In this document: in pieces, positions 54,468 through 62,337 of the stretch
Layout of the letters: the number at the start of each line of letters is the position of its first letter
Numbering within the stretch: position 1 is the first letter of the stretch
Sequence record: PP400780
Reading direction: 5' to 3' (one strand)
Length of the DNA stretch: 64,000 nt
Source of the DNA: Escherichia phage FL18
Program-made: the position numbers and the translations under genes
The notes under the pieces: model-generated
What the model saw: only the letters and a program-made list of their open reading frames with translations
Told to the model about the DNA's origin: nothing
Database searches by the model: none

Positions 54468-54960
54468 GTTTTTGACTAGCGAAATGAAGGTTAAGATCGC
54501 TGATACTGCTCGGTACTCGTTGAAACAAGATCCAGACCAAAACAAAGAAGATGTAGTTCGACGTTGTAAGGTTGCGGTCTTTGCAGAGTATGTAGTAGCA
54601 AATTGGCTAGACGGATATGTTAATAAAGGTATTGAAGACGTAGAAGACCCGTACACGTATGCATGGGACGTGTTAGCCCATCCCAAGTATTGTGGAATTC
54701 GTGTAGAAGTCAAGACACACCAGATAGATTCTAAATGGATTTCGGTTACCACAGGATACAGTGGTGATTATCCGGGTGGTAATGGAATCAATATAGGGCC
54801 CTTCCTTAATCATCGAGTCGCAGATTGCATTATTATATTAGATGTCAAAGAAACCTCACCTGACGTCTTCTCTTATTCTATAAAGTTCGTGGGAGACCAT
54901 GAAGACCTAAAGAAAATCGTCCGTAAGAGCAACTACAACGGGTGGTATCTTCATCTTTAA
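54340..54960 (+). CDS. hypothetical protein in a third frame (possible rIIA C-terminal remnant or separate gene; weak PD-(D/E)xK-like signature)
   Basis: AWDVLAHPKYCGIRVEVKT contains D ... E-x-K pattern; first ATG downstream of the frame-0 stop is at 54481. Confidence 0.4.
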   Translation: MQNILKKETAFILANYTSEVSMVKTNLGLLRLKSLPTFILSNEFLTSEMKVKIADTARYSLKQDPDQNKEDVVRRCKVAVFAEYVVANWLDGYVNKGIEDVEDPYTYAWDVLAHPKYCGIRVEVKTHQIDSKWISVTTGYSGDYPGGNGINIGPFLNHRVADCIIILDVKETSPDVFSYSIKFVGDHEDLKKIVRKSNYNGWYLHL

Positions 54961-54970
54961 TTTCATAAAA

Positions 54971-55010
54971 ATGTTTACAACTAAGTAGGACTATGATATA
55001 GTAGTCCTAT
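54971..55010 (+). promoter_or_regulatory. T4-type early promoter with -10 in stem-loop (AGGACTA TGATATAG TAGTCCT)
   Basis: atgtttacaactaagtaggactatgatatagtagtcctatc. Confidence 0.5.
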
Positions 55011-55028
55011 CTAAAAGAGGATAACATC

Positions 55029-55292
55029 ATGAAATTTAAATTTTTCTACGCAAAACATAAAGTGACCGGTGAGTTTGTTTCAATGTACAACACTGTAGAT
55101 GACGAAGGGATGATTTATACTCATTTAAGTCTATCTCATTGGGACTCAGACGTGCCTTATATGTCATCTGAAGCCGAAATAACTCGTTTAGTTAATGGAC
55201 ATATGAACGACCATTTTGGTGTTATTCTTTCTAAAGACCTTAAAGAGGTTATCAACAAAGGATATATGGAACTCGCGGAAGTTGAGATATGA
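55029..55292 (+). CDS. hypothetical protein (87 aa)
   Basis: ORF-track entry with GAGGA SD. Confidence 0.5.
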   Translation: MKFKFFYAKHKVTGEFVSMYNTVDDEGMIYTHLSLSHWDSDVPYMSSEAEITRLVNGHMNDHFGVILSKDLKEVINKGYMELAEVEI

Positions 55293-55482
55293 GCTCTAAA
55301 ATGTGGATAGGAATATGGTTGCTTAGTATCCCAATGATTTGTATAATATTTTCAATTGTGTTGAGGTACTTATGAAAAATGCACTTCTTATTGTACTAAG
55401 AACAATTTGTGATGCGTGGTTTTACATTGCATGTTCGTTCACTGGAACATGGTTGGCTTTAACATATTTTAATGTAATTTAA

Positions 55483-55525
55483 TTGTTTACATCAAGGTAG
55501 GATTATGGTATAGTAGTCCTATCAA
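55483..55525 (+). promoter_or_regulatory. T4-type early promoter with -10 in stem-loop (same cassette family as 36895 and 54971)
   Basis: ttgtttacatcaaggtaggattatggtatagtagtcctatc. Confidence 0.5.
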
Positions 55526-55542
55526 ATCAAGAGGAAAACAAA

Positions 55543-55743
55543 ATGGCTAAGCTTTTTAAAGATGTTGAAATTGGTGAAAAATTTGTCCTGAATAATGGTC
55601 AGCAGCTTATTCGTGTAGCTTCTATAGCCGGACAAACTCATAACTGTATCGCCCCAACGTGTTGGGCCCGATTCTTTATTGAGGATGACACCGAATGTTT
55701 AACTGTTGAAGAGCTTTTTGAACGTTCTGATATGGCCGAATAA
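55543..55743 (+). CDS. hypothetical protein (66 aa)
   Basis: ORF-track entry. Confidence 0.5.
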   Translation: MAKLFKDVEIGEKFVLNNGQQLIRVASIAGQTHNCIAPTCWARFFIEDDTECLTVEELFERSDMAE

Positions 55744-55745
55744 AA

Positions 55746-55781
55746 TTGTACAAACTCTTGAGAGCAGAGTATAATGCTCTC
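55746..55781 (+). promoter_or_regulatory. T4-type early promoter with -10 TATAAT between inverted repeat GAGAGC / GCTCTC
   Basis: ttgtacaaactcttgagagcagagtataatgctctc. Confidence 0.5.
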
Positions 55782-55819
55782 ATGGATTACAAAAACATTA
55801 ATCAATTGAGGAAATTAGC

Positions 55820-56266
55820 ATGACCAAATATTTAACTCGTAAAGACCTTCTGGCAGTTGGCGGTGAAGTTGTTGCAGTAGTTCGTAATGGCGAATACGGT
55901 TCTGAAGTTTCTAAAGAGTTTCGTTCTCGTGAAGGTTTTTACTTCTTCGTTAAAGGTTCATCTGATTGGCGACAAGTAGCAGCACGATTCTTTGTAGGAC
56001 GTCAACGTTCTAAACAAGGGTTGGATGCAATTCTTTCTCATATTCGTCAAGGCCGTTCGCAACTAGCCCGTACCATGGGCACTAACAATATTGAATATGA
56101 TGTAATCTTTGTTTCAGCTAAGAACATGAAACCTCTGACTACTGGTTATGGTAAAGGTCAATTGGCTCTGGCGTTCACTCGCAATCATTCATCAGAATAT
56201 CAAACACTCACTGAAATGAACCGTCTTCTGGCAGATAATTTCAAATTCATTCTGCAGAGTTACTAA
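55820..56266 (+). CDS. ndd: nucleoid disruption protein Ndd-like
   Basis: 148 aa; GFYFFVKG ... [30 protein letters not shown] ... [38 protein letters not shown] resembles recalled T4 Ndd; synteny upstream of 52. Confidence 0.5.
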   Translation: MTKYLTRKDLLAVGGEVVAVVRNGEYGSEVSKEFRSREGFYFFVKGSSDWRQVAARFFVGRQRSKQGLDAILSHIRQGRSQLARTMGTNNIEYDVIFVSAKNMKPLTTGYGKGQLALAFTRNHSSEYQTLTEMNRLLADNFKFILQSY

Positions 56267-56273
56267 TTTATAT

Positions 56274-56305
56274 AGGCCTATTAAGTTGGGCCTTTAATTT
56301 ATTTT
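56274..56305 (+). terminator. stem-loop AGGCC ... GGCCT followed by T-rich tract
   Basis: inverted repeat after ndd-like stop. Confidence 0.4.
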
Positions 56306-56318
56306 TGAGGTAATTAAA

Positions 56319-56465
56319 ATGATAGCATGGATTATTGCATTGCTGTGTTGGTCGTTTTTATTCGTTAACACTTTAGTTACAGGCGAAACAACAGTATTTC
56401 AACAGGCGGTATCACAAGGTACCTTAGCGGTCTTAGCTCTTCTTAACGTATTAAAAGGCGAGTAA
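56319..56465 (+). CDS. small membrane protein (48 aa)
   Basis: manual translation MIAWIIALLCWSFLFVNTLVTGETTVFQQAVSQGTLAVLALLNVLKGE. Confidence 0.35.
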   Translation: MIAWIIALLCWSFLFVNTLVTGETTVFQQAVSQGTLAVLALLNVLKGE

Positions 56466-56605
56466 TGATTAAGAAAATCTTAGCAGGAGCCTTCGGGCTC
56501 TTGTTGTTGCTTACGGTTCTGTACTACGGTGTGATGTTTGGGCTAATCCAAGTAGTGCTTTTCATTTCAGATGTTATAATGGTTATTCGTTCATTAATAT
56601 GGTGA
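56465..56605 (+). CDS. small membrane protein (46 aa)
   Basis: manual translation MIKKILAGAFGLLLLLTVLYYGVMFGLIQVVLFISDVIMVIRSLIW; ATGA-type overlap. Confidence 0.35.
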   Translation: MIKKILAGAFGLLLLLTVLYYGVMFGLIQVVLFISDVIMVIRSLIW

Positions 56606-56609
56606 AAAT

Positions 56610-57935
56610 ATGCAATTGAATTCTCGTAATCTAAAAAGTATTATTGATAACGAAGCCTTAGCATATGCGATGTACACCGTTGAAAACCGTGCAATCCCAA
56701 ACATGATTGATGGATTTAAGCCGGTTCAACGTTTTGTGGTTCATCGTGCGTTAGATTTGGCTCGTGGTAATAAAGAAAAATTTCATAAACTTGCGTCAAT
56801 TGCAGGCGGTGTTGCAGATTTAGGTTATCACCATGGTGAATCTTCTGCACAAGATGCAGGTGCATTGATGGCTAACACATGGAACAACAACTATCCACTG
56901 TTAGATGGCCAAGGCAACTTTGGTTCTCGAACAGTCCAAAAAGCTGCAGCATCTCGTTATATTTTTGCTCGTGTAAGTAAAAATTTCTATAACGTATATA
57001 AAGATACTGAATATGCTCCAGCTCATGAAGATAAAGAACACATTCCACCAAAATTCTATCTTCCTATTATTCCGACAGTTCTTTTGAATGGTGTCTCTGG
57101 TATTGCAACCGGTTACGCAACAAATATTCTGCCTCATAGTTTTAAATCAGTCAAAAAGGCTGTATTACAAGCTCTTCAAGGTAAAAATGTCACTAAGCCA
57201 AAAGTTGAATTCCCGGAATTCCGTGGTGAAGTACATGAAGTTGATGGGCGTTATGAGATTCACGGAACATATAAGTTCACATCTCGCACTCAAATGCAGA
57301 TAACTGAAATCCCATATAAATTCGACCGTGAAACGTATGTGAGTAAGGTTCTTGACCCGTTGGAAGACAAAGGTCTAATCTCATGGGAAGATGATTGTGG
57401 TGAACACGGCTTTGGGTTTAAGGTGAAGTTCCGTAAAGAGTACTCGCTTCCTGATGATGAAGAGCTACGTCATGAAAAAATCATGAAAGATTTTAGTCTC
57501 ATCGAACGTCGTTCACAAAACATCACAGTGATTAATGAAAAGGGTAAATTAGCTGTCTACGATAACGTAGTGGACTTAATCAAAGATTTTGTTGAAGTCC
57601 GTAAGACTTACGTTCAGAAACGTATTGACAACAAAATCCTTGAATCTGAAAAAGCATTTAAACTGGCTTTTGCTAAGGCACACTTCATCAAAAAAGTTAT
57701 CAACGGTGAAATTGTGATTCAGGGCAAGACTCGTAAAGCTTTGACTGAAGAGCTAGCACAAATCGAAATGTATAAAGAACATGTCGATAAACTGGTAGGT
57801 CTTAACATCTTCCATATCACTTCTGACGAAGCACGTAAACTAGCAGAAGAAGCTAAAGCTAAGAAAGAAGAAAATGAGTATTGGAAGTCTACTGATGTTG
57901 TGACAGAGTATACTAAAGACTTGGAGGCACTTTGA
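56610..57935 (+). CDS. 52: DNA topoisomerase II medium subunit gp52 (GyrA-like)
   Basis: 441 aa; AMYTVENRAIPNMIDGFKPVQR and active-site region matching type IIA topoisomerase A subunit; recalled T4 gp52. Confidence 0.9.
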   Translation: MQLNSRNLKSIIDNEALAYAMYTVENRAIPNMIDGFKPVQRFVVHRALDLARGNKEKFHKLASIAGGVADLGYHHGESSAQDAGALMANTWNNNYPLLDGQGNFGSRTVQKAAASRYIFARVSKNFYNVYKDTEYAPAHEDKEHIPPKFYLPIIPTVLLNGVSGIATGYATNILPHSFKSVKKAVLQALQGKNVTKPKVEFPEFRGEVHEVDGRYEIHGTYKFTSRTQMQITEIPYKFDRETYVSKVLDPLEDKGLISWEDDCGEHGFGFKVKFRKEYSLPDDEELRHEKIMKDFSLIERRSQNITVINEKGKLAVYDNVVDLIKDFVEVRKTYVQKRIDNKILESEKAFKLAFAKAHFIKKVINGEIVIQGKTRKALTEELAQIEMYKEHVDKLVGLNIFHITSDEARKLAEEAKAKKEENEYWKSTDVVTEYTKDLEAL

Positions 57936-58011
57936 GTGCCCTAGCCTTAGGATTTCTCAGTGCAATAGCTGCACTAGTGATTTGGCTATATTGGTTGGAC
58001 AAACATGATTA

Positions 58012-58030
58012 GGGAGCTTCGGCTCCCTTT
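58012..58030 (+). terminator. rho-independent terminator (GGGAGC-TTCG-GCTCCC-TTT)
   Basis: 6-bp GC stem, TTCG loop, T-rich tail. Confidence 0.55.
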
Positions 58031-58050
58031 GTGCATTTTCCTCACAAAAC

Positions 58051-58096
58051 AGTTTACACGTGCTTCAAACATGATATTATAGACCTATCAAAACAA
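58051..58096 (+). promoter_or_regulatory. early/middle promoter upstream of motA (GTTTACA, TGCTTCA MotA-box-like, conserved leader)
   Basis: agtttacacgtgcttcaaacatgatattatagacctatcaaaacaa. Confidence 0.5.
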
Positions 58097-58119
58097 AACA
58101 ACCAAATTGGAGAAATAAA

Positions 58120-58752
58120 ATGTCTAAAGTTACTTACATCATCAAAGCTTCTGAAAACGTTCTGAATGAAAAAACTGCTGCAATAATGGTTTATATCATT
58201 AAGAACAACTTCACAACTGCTGCCAATGTCCGTGAAGCTCTGGAAGCAGAATACAATGCATCAGTTGTTAACTCTAACATTGGTGTATTGATTAAGAAAG
58301 GTTTAGTCGAAAAATCTGGTGATGGACTTGTAGCAACAGGCGAAGCAATGGATATTATCCAAAAAGCTGCAGACCTATTTGCTCAAGAAAATGCTCCAGA
58401 ACTTCTTCAGAAACGTAACACCAGAAAAGCACGTGGAGTTACTCCTGAAATGCATGAACTAGCAAACTTTGTTTTTGAAAATATTAAAGATAAAGTTGAA
58501 GTTAAAGAAATTGGTGAAAACCGTAGTAACTTGGAAGTTCGATTTGCAAAACGAGTTCTAGGTATTCGTCAGATCGAAATTCGTCGAGATGGCGCTCTTA
58601 GAATCTTTGCATACAACATGTCAGAAACTGAATCAAAGCTGTTTACTTCTCTTGAAAATGATGTTAAGATTAAGATCGGTGGTAAATATACCTACATTGA
58701 CTTCCCTAATGTGTCCAAAGAAATCATTACCCTTGTAACTAACGTACTGTGA
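58120..58752 (+). CDS. motA: middle-transcription activator MotA
   Basis: 210 aa; MSKVTYIIKAS ... VVNSNIGVLIKKGLVEKSGDGL matches recalled T4 MotA. Confidence 0.85.
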   Translation: MSKVTYIIKASENVLNEKTAAIMVYIIKNNFTTAANVREALEAEYNASVVNSNIGVLIKKGLVEKSGDGLVATGEAMDIIQKAADLFAQENAPELLQKRNTRKARGVTPEMHELANFVFENIKDKVEVKEIGENRSNLEVRFAKRVLGIRQIEIRRDGALRIFAYNMSETESKLFTSLENDVKIKIGGKYTYIDFPNVSKEIITLVTNVL

Positions 58753-58762
58753 GGAATACATA

Positions 58763-59092
58763 ATGAATAAGCTGAATATTATTAACGAACTTCGTAAATG
58801 TGCAGAACCTACTCAGGAAGGATGGGATATTTGGTACCACGGGGCTTATTTAGGGACAATTGTAAAGATTAAAGCAGGCCAATATACGGTTATTCGTGAA
58901 AATAATGACGCGCCATTTGGCCTTCGTAAAAACTACATGGCAGCGATCAGTTCATTTGTTGATGCAGCTTACGAAATCTATAAAGAAGATTATAAAGAAT
59001 ATCAGCAGTCACAACCGGTTATTCGTTCGATTGGTGTAAATAAACAAGCACAAAAATCTATTTGGCAACGTATTAAGGAATGGTTTAAATGA
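58763..59092 (+). CDS. hypothetical protein (109 aa)
   Basis: ORF-track entry. Confidence 0.5.
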   Translation: MNKLNIINELRKCAEPTQEGWDIWYHGAYLGTIVKIKAGQYTVIRENNDAPFGLRKNYMAAISSFVDAAYEIYKEDYKEYQQSQPVIRSIGVNKQAQKSIWQRIKEWFK

Positions 59093-59550
59093 AAACTTTT
59101 AAAGAACGTTTAGCTCTGTTAGATAAAGCTTTGTCGCGTGAGACTCCGGAAAGTCTGGCTGCTAAATTAGCTTCTTACGGTGGTGAATATACAGAACAAA
59201 ATGTTTTAGACGAAGTTCCTGAAATCTGTTGGCAGACTGTGTATTGGGATGAAAACCAAAAGTATCAACGACGAATTGTCTGTGCAGCCAACCGTTTTAA
59301 ATTAAAAGATGGACGAACTCTTGTTATTCCAGGTGCTCGTCATTATTCTAAAGATATGGCAGAAGTTTTAGATGTAGTTAAACCTCAATTAGTTACTCAG
59401 CAAGTTTGTGATGATGACCAAGGGTTTATTGATCAATATAGTAATTATTGGACACGTGAAGAAGCAATGATTATTGCAACTTACGCTGGACAAGTACGTA
59501 TTGAACGTGGTGGTAATGAAAAAGAACTTTACTCTGAGGACCTTTACTAA
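59089..59550 (+). CDS. hypothetical protein (153 aa)
   Basis: ORF-track entry. Confidence 0.5.
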   Translation: MKTFKERLALLDKALSRETPESLAAKLASYGGEYTEQNVLDEVPEICWQTVYWDENQKYQRRIVCAANRFKLKDGRTLVIPGARHYSKDMAEVLDVVKPQLVTQQVCDDDQGFIDQYSNYWTREEAMIIATYAGQVRIERGGNEKELYSEDLY

Positions 59551-59846
59551 TGAATATTAAAAAGTTTCAAATTGATGGAATTACGAATCAAATTAAGGCA
59601 TTGGAATATGCTAACAAAATGATGTCAACTAATTGGGGAATTTATACCAATGAGCCGGGATTTAAGTTCTGCGATATGGAATTCGCCAAAAAGCTTGTAG
59701 GAAAAGATTATGTATGTCCATTTAGTTCTCCAGTAAATGGAATGCTAAAACCTGCTTTACGCGATCTTTATATTGCGATGAACGAAGAAATGATAAAAGA
59801 GTTAAAACGTCAACTGAAGGTGATTCAATTTGGCCAGGGAAATTAA
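59550..59846 (+). CDS. hypothetical protein (98 aa)
   Basis: ORF-track entry. Confidence 0.5.
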   Translation: MNIKKFQIDGITNQIKALEYANKMMSTNWGIYTNEPGFKFCDMEFAKKLVGKDYVCPFSSPVNGMLKPALRDLYIAMNEEMIKELKRQLKVIQFGQGN

Positions 59847-60048
59847 TTCAAAATCTGATTATTTTAATTCTCTCAATGATAAAGATAAAAATCTAATAAG
59901 GCATTTTATTGTTGAGATGGGATATACGGATACACACGATTTAAGAGAACATATATTTGAATGTGGTGTAGCTAAAAAGTTTTCATTCACATGCAAATGT
60001 TTGAGAGAGGTAATTCAGCACTATGAACAATTTAGTCGCAAAACATAA
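59830..60048 (+). CDS. hypothetical protein (72 aa)
   Basis: ORF-track entry. Confidence 0.4.
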   Translation: MAREINSKSDYFNSLNDKDKNLIRHFIVEMGYTDTHDLREHIFECGVAKKFSFTCKCLREVIQHYEQFSRKT

Positions 60049-60131
60049 TTTTAATAAAGCTTCTGTTCATAAAGATAAGAAGAAAGCGTTTAAAGAATCT
60101 AATCGCAAACAGAAACATAAGGGGAAGGTCT

Positions 60132-60410
60132 ATGATTATTGATTCTCAGTCCGTGGTTCAATACACAATCAAAATTGATATTCTAGAAAAGCTATATAAG
60201 TTTCTACCAAATTTATACCACTCAATTGTCAGTGAATTAGTTGAAGAACTGCATCTTGAGAATAATGATTTCTTGATTGGAACTTATAAAGACCTCTCAA
60301 AAGCAGGATATTTTTACGTAATTCCAGCTCCAGGAAAAAGTATCGATGATGTATTAAAAACTATAATGATTTATGTCCATGATTACGAAATTGAAGATTA
60401 TTTCGAATGA
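60132..60410 (+). CDS. hypothetical protein (92 aa)
   Basis: ORF-track entry. Confidence 0.45.
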   Translation: MIIDSQSVVQYTIKIDILEKLYKFLPNLYHSIVSELVEELHLENNDFLIGTYKDLSKAGYFYVIPAPGKSIDDVLKTIMIYVHDYEIEDYFE

Positions 60411-60559
60411 GTCATAATCTTGAAAAGGTAATCGAGCATAATGTAGCTCAGGAACGTGAGTCGTTCAAAGAATTCGTAGAAAAAATTTTTGAAGAAAATA
60501 ACACAGACCAGTTTACAAATCAAGCGTCTGATGATATTATAACAAAGTCAACTAATTGA
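60407..60559 (+). CDS. hypothetical small protein (50 aa)
   Basis: manual translation; overlaps the asiA promoter, so may not be expressed independently. Confidence 0.25.
   Translation: MSHNLEKVIEHNVAQERESFKEFVEKIFEENNTDQFTNQASDDIITKSTN
60509..60545 (+). promoter_or_regulatory. T4-type early promoter upstream of asiA (GTTTACAAAT ... TATTATAA)
   Basis: cagtttacaaatcaagcgtctgatgatattataac. Confidence 0.5.
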
Positions 60560-60571
60560 GTGGTATAGTTA

Positions 60572-60844
60572 ATGAATAAAAATATTGATACAGTTCGTGA
60601 AATTATTACTGTTGCGTCTATTTTGATTAAATTTTCCAGAGAAGATATTGTTGAAAATCGTGCTAATTTTATTGCATTTCTGAATGAGATTGGAGTAACG
60701 CATGAAGGTAGAAAATTAAATCAGAATTCATTCCGTAAAATTGTTTCTGAATTAACTCAAGAAGATAAGAAAACCCTCATCGACGAATTCAACGAGGGTT
60801 TTGAGGGTGTATATCGATATCTAGAGATGTATACGAACAAATAA
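60572..60844 (+). CDS. asiA: anti-sigma70 factor AsiA
   Basis: 90 aa; MNKNIDTVREIITVASILIKFSREDIVENRANFIAFLNEIGV ... matches recalled T4 AsiA. Confidence 0.9.
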   Translation: MNKNIDTVREIITVASILIKFSREDIVENRANFIAFLNEIGVTHEGRKLNQNSFRKIVSELTQEDKKTLIDEFNEGFEGVYRYLEMYTNK

Positions 60845-61501
60845 TTATTTAGCCCTTCCTAATATTCTGGCCGCCTGAGCACATATTGATTCAAGGCGGT
60901 CATTACTTATATGATCATTTCTATACCAGTACATGGTTATCGTTCCAGCATAGATATTATCCAAATTAAAATATGGACAACTGTACATGTAGTTTATTTC
61001 GGGAGTAGGCTTTTTAGTTGGTAAAAAAGCAAATTTTGAGTTGGAATAATAATGACGTCCATTTAAATGAACTGTATATTCATCCATAGTTTTATCAACA
61101 GGATATCCTCCAAGTGATTTTTCACTTATTGTTGAAGGTAATTTTCCTTCGTATGCTATAATATCAACAAAATAGTTTAAGTTTTTAGGGCGGAAAGAAT
61201 ACACCGCACTAAAGTCTGCCTCAGATGATATATGAACTATCTGGAGTTGTTCCAGGGCGACAGATTCAAAGCGTGCAGTTCTTTCCTTTTCAATAATTTC
61301 ACGGTATGTTTCATACTTTGATTGCTTATAGTACTCAAAGAAACTATCTCCCCTATACCAAACAATCGCCATTATAAACAAAAGAATTACGACAGCTACC
61401 CGGGAAGCAAGAACTTTCCCGGTAGCGTTATCTTTGAACAAGCGATCTAGAACACCAAATAGAATATCAGAGGGCGAAAATGATATTCTAGGTGCTGCCA
61501 T
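60845..61501 (-). CDS. t: holin T
   Basis: 218 aa; MAAPRISFSPSDILFGVLDRLFKDNATGKVLASR ... single TM then large periplasmic domain; matches recalled T4 gp t; AAGGAGGG SD. Confidence 0.9.
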   Translation of the reverse strand: MAAPRISFSPSDILFGVLDRLFKDNATGKVLASRVAVVILLFIMAIVWYRGDSFFEYYKQSKYETYREIIEKERTARFESVALEQLQIVHISSEADFSAVYSFRPKNLNYFVDIIAYEGKLPSTISEKSLGGYPVDKTMDEYTVHLNGRHYYSNSKFAFLPTKKPTPEINYMYSCPYFNLDNIYAGTITMYWYRNDHISNDRLESICAQAARILGRAK

Positions 61502-61532
61502 AGACCCTCCTTTTAAGGATATTTATTCAAAA

Positions 61533-62306
61533 TTATACTCTTGAACCGTATATTGTACCAACCTTAGTCCATGTTGGGGCATTTCCGGTAACAGCTTTAC
61601 CTGCTGCGCCGCCGTTATATTCTGTACCGTTACCTTGAGTATTACATCTTCCTCCAGCAGCACCAACGTTACCGCCCGCACCGCCTGTATATGCACTAAG
61701 AGACCCCTCACCAACAGATCCTTTACCAGGAGCGGAAATAGTACCAGCAGTTGCACCGGAACTCATATGAGAGGAAGACCCACCAGCACCGAATGGGCAC
61801 CCACCGCCACCGCCAAATATTAGTTTACCCCTGTTACCGCCGCCACCGCCGCCGCCGCCGCCTGCAATAGCTCCGCCATTATTAATTCTTAGTCTCCCAC
61901 CAATATCGTTTTGAATACAATGACCCCCAGCTGAGCCAGGACTATTGCTACCACCATTACCTCCACGACCATACATTGTTACGCCATGTATATTTAACTG
62001 AACATATTCATTTGGTGTATCTCCGTACATGAAGAATAAAGGAACATCTTTAGAATATGATACTAAATCTCCAGTGATATTAAACACTATAGGTGCACTA
62101 CCTGCCTCAAAACATCTATCTCGGAACCATTGACCATTGAAGTTATGGTCTGCTCCAAGTGTGTGAATTACTTCAACAGATCGACCTATCATATTACTCA
62201 TCCAAAACGGAATTCCCATTCTCAATCTCTGTGCGGCACCACCCATCCAAGGATCTCCAGTCTGTACCCTCGCAGACCATCCTACCCACGGTCCTTCAAC
62301 TGCCAT
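61533..62306 (-). CDS. 38: long tail fibre adhesin gp38 (T2-type, glycine-rich motifs)
   Basis: multiple poly-Gly stretches (GGGGGGGGG, GGGGG) separated by short variable segments; ATG at 62306 with GGAG SD preferred over ORF-track GTG at 62312. Confidence 0.7.
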   Translation of the reverse strand: MAVEGPWVGWSARVQTGDPWMGGAAQRLRMGIPFWMSNMIGRSVEVIHTLGADHNFNGQWFRDRCFEAGSAPIVFNITGDLVSYSKDVPLFFMYGDTPNEYVQLNIHGVTMYGRGGNGGSNSPGSAGGHCIQNDIGGRLRINNGGAIAGGGGGGGGGNRGKLIFGGGGGCPFGAGGSSSHMSSGATAGTISAPGKGSVGEGSLSAYTGGAGGNVGAAGGRCNTQGNGTEYNGGAAGKAVTGNAPTWTKVGTIYGSRV

Positions 62307-62314
62307 ATACACCT

Positions 62315-62336
62315 CCGAGGGGCTGAAGCCCCTCTT
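62315..62336 (-). other. intercistronic hairpin between gene 37 and gene 38 (GAGGGGC-TTCA-GCCCCTC on the minus strand)
   Basis: perfect 7-bp GC-rich inverted repeat between the 37 stop and the 38 SD. Confidence 0.4.
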
Positions 62337-62337
62337 A

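Noticed and set aside
60842-60847. Missing terminator between convergent asiA (+) and t (-)
   Set aside because: The two stop codons abut (TAA at 60842-60844; minus-strand TAA at 60847-60845) with no intergenic space; noted as an oddity but no feature is called.
61801-61870. GC-rich repeat CCGCCGCCACCGCCGCCGCC as a possible CRISPR or non-coding repeat
   Set aside because: It is the Gly-codon run of gp38 on the opposite strand; no spacer-repeat periodicity; no CRISPR array anywhere in the window.
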